Assembly (NCBI GenBank): GCA_964057225.1
Contig: OZ059900.1
Location: 13,330,001-13,394,000, forward strand
Reading direction: 5' to 3'
Source of the DNA: Auanema rhodensis
Lineage: Eukaryota > Animalia > Nematoda
DNA: 64,000 nucleotides
Of this stretch, positions 57,901 to 64,000 are shown one piece after another (within the stretch, counting starts at the first letter, position 1; each line of letters begins with the position of its first letter). The notes under the pieces are model-generated. The model saw only the letters and a program-made list of their open reading frames with translations. It was not told where the DNA came from and did not search any database. Position numbers and translations under genes: made by a program.

Positions 57901-60900
57901 TGGAAAGCACACCATGAGTGTGCAATATTGAAAACTGTCTGTCTTAGTATGATTATATGACACTATAGATGCCAAAGCAAAACAAATTTGAATATGAACA
58001 TGACGCGTCTTTTACATTATAGTTTGACCGGATAAAGCTTTGTATAGCTTTGTATAGCTTTGTACACTGATCACATATACGGCGATAGGCTAGAACAGTT
58101 CATAAGTTTCCTGGATAGATTTGGTTTAATTACCCAAGTTAGAGGTAGTATCTAAATCTAACCAGAGAACTTCTGAGTTGGAAATACATTTTGGAAAGCA
58201 CACCATGAGTGTGCAATATTGAAAACTGTCTGTCTTAGTATGATTATATGACACTATAGATGCCAAAGCAAAACAAATTTGAATATGAACATGACGCGTC
58301 TTTTACATTATAGTTTGACCGGATAAAGCTTTGTATAGCTTTGTATAGCTTTGTACACTGATCACATATACGGCGATAGGCTAGAACAGTTCATAAGTTT
58401 CCTGAATAGATTTGGTTTAATTACCCAAGTTAGAGGTAGTATCTCAATCTAACCAGAGAACTTCTGAGTTGGAAATACATTTTGGAAAGCACACCATGAG
58501 TGTGCAATATTGAAAACTGTCTGTCTTAGTATGATTATATGACACTATAGATGCCAAAGCAAAACAAATTTGAATATGAACATGACGCGTCTTTAACATT
58601 ATAGTTTGACCGGATAAAGCTTTGTATAGCTTTGTATAGCTTTGTACACTGATCACATATACGGCGATAGGCTAGAACAGTTCATAAGTTTCCTGAATAG
58701 ATTTGGTTTAATTACCCAAGTTAGAGGTAGTATCTCAATCTAACCAGAGAACTTCTGAGTTGGAAATACATTTTGGAAAGCACACCATGAGTGTGCAATA
58801 TTGAAAACTGTCTGTCTTAGTATGATTATATGACACTATAGATGCCAAAGCAAAACAAATTTGAATATGAACATGACGCGTCTTTTACATTATAGTTTGA
58901 CCGGATAAAGCTTTGTATAGCTTTGTACACTGATCACATATACGGCGATAGGCTAGAACAGTTCATAAGTTTCCTGAATAGATTTGGTTTAATTACCCAA
59001 GTTAGAGGTAGTATCTCAATCTAACCAGAGAACTTCTGAGTTGGAAATACATTTTGGAAAGCACACCATGAGTGTGCAATATTGAAAACTGTCTGTCTTA
59101 GTATGATTATATGACACTATAGATGCCAAAGCAAAACAAATTTGAATATGAACATGACGCGTCTTTTACATTATAGTTTGACCGGATAAAGCTTTGTATA
59201 GCTTTGTATAGCTTTGTACACTGATCACATATACGGCGATAGGCTAGAACAGTTCATAAGTTTCCTGAATAGATTTGGTTTAATTACCCAAGTTAGAGGT
59301 AGTATCTCAATCTAACCAGAGAACTTCTGAGTTGGAAATACATTTTGGAAAGCACACCACGAGTGTGCAATATTGAAAACTGTCTGTCTTAGTATGATTA
59401 TATGACACTATAGATGCCAAAGCAAAACAAATTTGAATATGAACATGACGCGTCTTTTACATTATAGTTTGACCGGATAAAGCTTTGTATAGCTTTGTAT
59501 AGCTTTGTACACTGATCACATATACGGCGATAGGCTAGAACAGTTCATAAGTTTCCTGAATAGATTTGGTTTAATTACCCAAGTTAGAGGTAGTATCTCA
59601 ATCTAACCAGAGAACTTTGGAGTTGGAAATACATTTTGGAAAGCACACCACGAGTGTGCAATATTGAAAACTGTCTGTCTTAGTATGATTATATGACACT
59701 ATAGATGCCAAAGCAAAACAAATTTGAATATGAACATGACGCGTCTTTAACATTATAGTTTGACCGGATAAAGCTTTGTATAGCTTTGTATAGCTTTGTA
59801 CAATGATCACATATACGGCGATAGGCTAGAACAGTTCATAAGTTTCCTGAATAGATTTGGTTTAATTACCCAAGTTAGAGGTAGTATCTCAATCTAACCA
59901 GAGAACTTCTGAGTTGGAAATACATTTTGGAAAGCACACCATGAGTGTGCAATATTGAAAACTGTCTGTCTTAGTATGATTATATGACACTATAGATGCC
60001 AAAGCAAAACAATTTTGAATATGAACATGACGCGTCTTTTACATTATAGTTTGACCGGATAAAGCTTTGTATAGCTTTGTACACTGATCACATATACGGC
60101 GATAGGCTAGAACAGTTCATAAGTTTCCTGGATAGATTTGGTTTAATTACCCAAGTTAGAGGTAGTATCTCAATCTAACCAGAGAACTTCTGAGTTGGAA
60201 ATACATTTTGGAAAGCACACCATGAGTGTGCAATATTGAAAACTGTCTGTCTTAGTATGATTATATGACACTATAGATGCCAAAGCAAAACAAATTTGAA
60301 TATGAACATGACGCGTCTTTTACATTATAGTTTGACCGGATAAAGCTTTGTATAGCTTTGTATAGCTTTGTATACTGATCACATATACGGCGATAGGCTA
60401 GAACAGTTCATAAGTTTCCTGGATAGATTTGGTTTAATTACCCAAGTTAGAGGTAGTATCTAAATCTAACCAGAGAACTTCTGAGTTGGAAATACATTTT
60501 GGAAAGCACACCATGAGTGTGCAATATTGAAAACTGTCTGTCTTAGTATGATTATATGACACTATAGATGCCAAAGCAAAACAAATTTGAATATGAACAT
60601 GACGCGTCTTTTACATTATAGTTTGACCGGATAAAGCTTTGTATAGCTTTGTATAGCTTTGTACACTGATCACATATACGGCGATAGGCTAGAACAGTTC
60701 ATAAGTTTCCTGGATAGATTTGGTTTAATTACCCAAGTTAGAGGTAGTATCTCAATCTAACCAGAGAACTTCTGAGTTGGAAATACATTTTGGAAAGCAC
60801 ACCATGAGTGTGCAATATTGAAAACTGTCTGTCTTAGTATGATTATATGACACTATAGATGCCAAAGCAAAACAAATTTGAATATGAACATGCCGCGTCT

Positions 60901-63900
60901 TTAACATTATAGTTTGACCGGATAAAGCTTTGTATAGCTTTGTATAGCTTTGTACACTGATCACATATACGGCGATAGGCTAGAACAGTTCATAAGTTTC
61001 CTGAATAGATTTGGTTTAATTACCCAAGTTAGAGGTAGTATCTCAATCTAACCAGAGAACTTCGGAGTTGGAAATACATTTTGGAAAGCACACCACGAGT
61101 GTGCAATATTGAAAACTGTCTGTCTTAGTATGATTATATGACACTATAGATGCCAAAGCAAAACAAATTTGAATATGAACATGACGCGTCTTTTACATTA
61201 TAGTTTGACCGGATAAAGCTTTGTATAGCTTTGTATAGCTTTGTACACTGATCACATATACGGCGATAGGCTAGAACAGTTCATAAGTTTCCTGGATAGA
61301 TTTGGTTTAATTACCCAAGTTAGAGGTAGTATCTTAATCTATCCAGAGAACTTCTGAGTTGGAAATACATTTTGGAAAGCACACCATGAGTGTGCAATAT
61401 TGAAAACTGTCTGTCTTAGTATGATTATATGACACTATAGATGCCAAAGCAAAACAAATTTGAATATGAACATGACGCGTCTTTAACATTATAGTTTGAC
61501 CGGATAAAGCTTTGTATAGCTTTGTATAGCTTTGTACACTGATCACATATACGGCGATAGGCTAGAACAGTTCATAAGTTTCCTGGATAGATTTGGTTTA
61601 ATTACCCAAGTTAGAGGTAGTATCTCCATCTAACCAGAGAACTTCTGAGTTGGAAATACATTTTGGAAAGCACACCATGAGTGTGCAATATTGAAAACTG
61701 TCTGTCTTAGTATGATTATATGACACTATAGATGCCAAAGCAAAACAAATTTGAATATGAACATGACGCGTGTTTTACATTATACTTTGACCGGATAAAG
61801 CTTTGTATAGCTTTGTACACTGATCACATATACGGCGATAGGCTAGAACAGTTCATAAGTTTCCTGGATAGATTTGGTTTAATTACCCAAGTTAGAGGTA
61901 GTATCTCAATCTAACCAGAGAACTTCTGAGTTGGAAATACATTTTGGAAAGCACACCATGAGTGTGCAATATTGAAAACTGTCTGTCTTAGTATGATTAT
62001 ATGACACTATAGATGCCAAAGCAAAACAAATTGGAATATGAACATGACGCGTCTTTAACATTATAGTTTGACCGGATAAAGCTTTGTATAGCTTTGTATA
62101 GCTTTGTACACTGATCACATATACGGCGATAGGCTAGAACAGTTCATAAGTTTCCTGGATAGATTTGGTTTAATTACCCAAGTTAGAGGTAGTATCTCCA
62201 TCTAACCAGAGAACTTCTGAGTTGGAAATACATTTTGGAAAGCACACCATGAGTGTGCAATATTGAAAACTGTCTGTCTTAGTATGATTATATGACACTA
62301 TAGATGCCAAAGCAAAACAAATTTGAATATGAACATGACGCGTGTTTTACATTATACTTTGACCGGATAAAGCTTTGTATAGCTTTGTACACTGATCACA
62401 TATACGGCGATAGGCTAGAACAGTTCATAAGTTTCCTGGATAGATTTGGTTTAATTACCCAAGTTAGAGGTAGTATCTCAATCTAACCAGAGAACTTCTG
62501 AGTTGGAAATACATTTTGGAAAGCACACCATGAGTGTGCAATATTGAAAACTGTCTGTCTTAGTATGATTATATGACACTATAGATGCCAAAGCAAAACA
62601 AATTTGAATATGAACATGACGCGTCTTTAACATTATAGTTTGACCGGATAAAGCTTTGTATAGCTTTGTATAGCTTTGTACACTGATCACATATACGGCG
62701 ATAGGCTAGAACAGTTCATAAGTTTCCTGGATAGATTTGGTTTAATTACCCAAGTTAGAGGTAGTATCTAAATCTAACCAGAGAACTTCTGAGTTGGAAA
62801 TACATTTTGGAAAGCACACCATGAGTGTGCAATATTGAAAACTGTCTGTCTTAGTATGATTATATGACACTATAGATGCCAAAGCAAAACAAATTTGAAT
62901 ATGAACATGACGCGTGTTTTACATTATACTTTGACCGGATAAAGCTTTGTATAGCTTTGTACACTGATCACATATACGGCGATAGGCTAGAACAGTTCAT
63001 AAGTTTCCTGAATAGATTTGGTTTAATTACCCAAGTTAGAGGTAGTATCTCAATCTAACCAGAGAACTTCTGAGTTGGAAATACATTTTGGAAAGCACAC
63101 CATGAGTGTGCAATATTGAAAACTGTCTGTCTTAGTATGATTATATGACACTATAGATGCCAAAGCAAAACAAATTTGAATATGAACATGACGCGTCTTT
63201 AACATTATAGTTTGACCGGATAAAGCTTTGTATAGCTTTGTATAGCTTTGTACACTGATCACATATACGGCGATAGGCTAGAACAGTTCATAAGTTTCCT
63301 GGATAGATTTGGTTTAATTACCCAAGTTAGAGGTAGTATCTCCATCTAACCAGAGAACTTCTGAGTTGGAAATACATTTTGGAAAGCACACCATGAGTGT
63401 GCAATATTGAAAACTGTCTGTCTTAGTATGATTATATGACACTATAGATGCCAAAGCAAAACAAATTTGAATATGAACATGACGCGTGTTTTACATTATA
63501 CTTTGACCGGATAAAGCTTTGTATAGCTTTGTACACTGATCACATATACGGCGATAGGCTAGAACAGTTCATAAGTTTCCTGGATAGATTTGGTTTAATT
63601 ACCCAAGTTAGAGGTAGTATCTCAATCTAACCAGAGAACTTCTGAGTTGGAAATACATTTTGGAAAGCACACCATGAGTGTGCAATATTGAAAACTGTCT
63701 GTCTTAGTATGATTATATGACACTATAGATGCCAAAGCAAAACAAATTTGAATATGAACATGACGCGTCTTTTACATTATAGTTTGACCGGATAAAGCTT
63801 TGTATAGCTTTGTATAGCTTTGTACAATGATCACATATACGGCGATAGGCTAGAACAGTTCATAAGTTTCCTGAATAGATTTGGTTTAATTACCCAAGTT

Positions 63901-64000
63901 AGAGGTAGTATCTCAATCTAACCAGAGAACTTCTGAGTTGGAAATACATTTTGGAAAGCACACCATGAGTGTGCAATATTGAAAACTGTCTGTCTTAGTA
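45901..64000. repeat. Haplotype domain C, near-consensus monomers
   Basis: The variants AATATAAA, GCGAGAGG, GTTTATAAG and ATTAAAAAC were not seen here. New variants are ACAATGATC (45966, 49709, 50863, 53181, 54927, 59803, 63827) and CAATTTTG. Confidence 0.8.
61441..63728. repeat. 572-bp dimeric HOR (291+281), four copies
   Basis: A 291-mer (TTTAACATT) strictly alternates with a 281-mer (GCGTGTTTT…TATACTTT). ORF starts at 61732, 62304, 62876 and 63448 are exactly 572 bp apart. Confidence 0.92.

Larger units (their letters stand above)
1..64000. repeat. Satellite DNA tandem array, 281/291-bp monomer, ~222 copies, putative (peri)centromeric or heterochromatic
   Basis: The same unit (…GATGCCAAAGCAAAACAAATTTGAATATGAACATGACGCGTC…GACACTATA) recurs head-to-tail through the whole window. 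The anchor ATGCCAAAG lies at 269 (as variant ATACC), 22457, 63448 and 63729. These spacings fit 220 full monomers plus partial monomers at each end. No non-repeat sequence or inversion was seen, and the array runs off both ends. The centromeric label is inference only. Confidence 0.98.

Noticed and set aside
23218-63262. 65-70-aa minus-strand ORFs (MISVQSYTKLY…)
   Set aside because: They depend on single SNPs that remove a minus-strand stop and on the 10-bp frameshifting indel. They start at non-ATG codons and the frame is not preserved across monomers.
22457-63630. 60-aa plus-strand ORFs (MPKQNKFEYEHD…)
   Set aside because: They appear only where a TAG>TAC SNP falls in a 281-mer. About 95% of monomers keep the stop, and I see no recognisable domain or gene context. 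They are chance open frames in satellite.
1-64000. CRISPR array or other repeat-spacer system
   Set aside because: There are no unique spacers; the whole unit is repeated. No cas-like ORFs are present.
1-64000. Transposon insertion, inversion or telomeric repeat
   Set aside because: None was seen. Anchor spacings across the window are fully explained by whole monomers plus the two 1-bp net indels.

Overview
The whole 64 kb window is one uninterrupted, head-to-tail, single-orientation satellite DNA array of about 222 monomers (~35% GC, counted by hand on monomer 1). Monomers come in two main lengths, 291 bp (~74%) and 281 bp (~26%). The difference is one copy of an internal 10-bp unit (AGCTTTGTAT); I also saw one 301-bp, one 292-bp and one 290-bp monomer. 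Monomers usually differ at only about 0-6 positions. Diagnostic SNPs split the array into three haplotype domains (about 1-32.2 kb, 32.2-45.9 kb, 45.9-64 kb). Each domain has its own local higher-order repeats (HORs), spanning 2 to 17 monomers. This architecture is typical of eukaryotic centromeric/pericentromeric satellite, but I do not recognise the family or host, and function cannot be shown from sequence. I find no credible genes, RNA genes, CRISPR array or mobile element; every listed ORF is a by-product of SNPs that remove stop codons in the repeat. I found no new protein-coding system. The most interesting signals are structural: length changes in steps of one helical turn, a 22-bp imperfect inverted repeat plus many short palindromes per monomer, HORs forming and decaying, long-range sharing of variants, and a templated repair scar.
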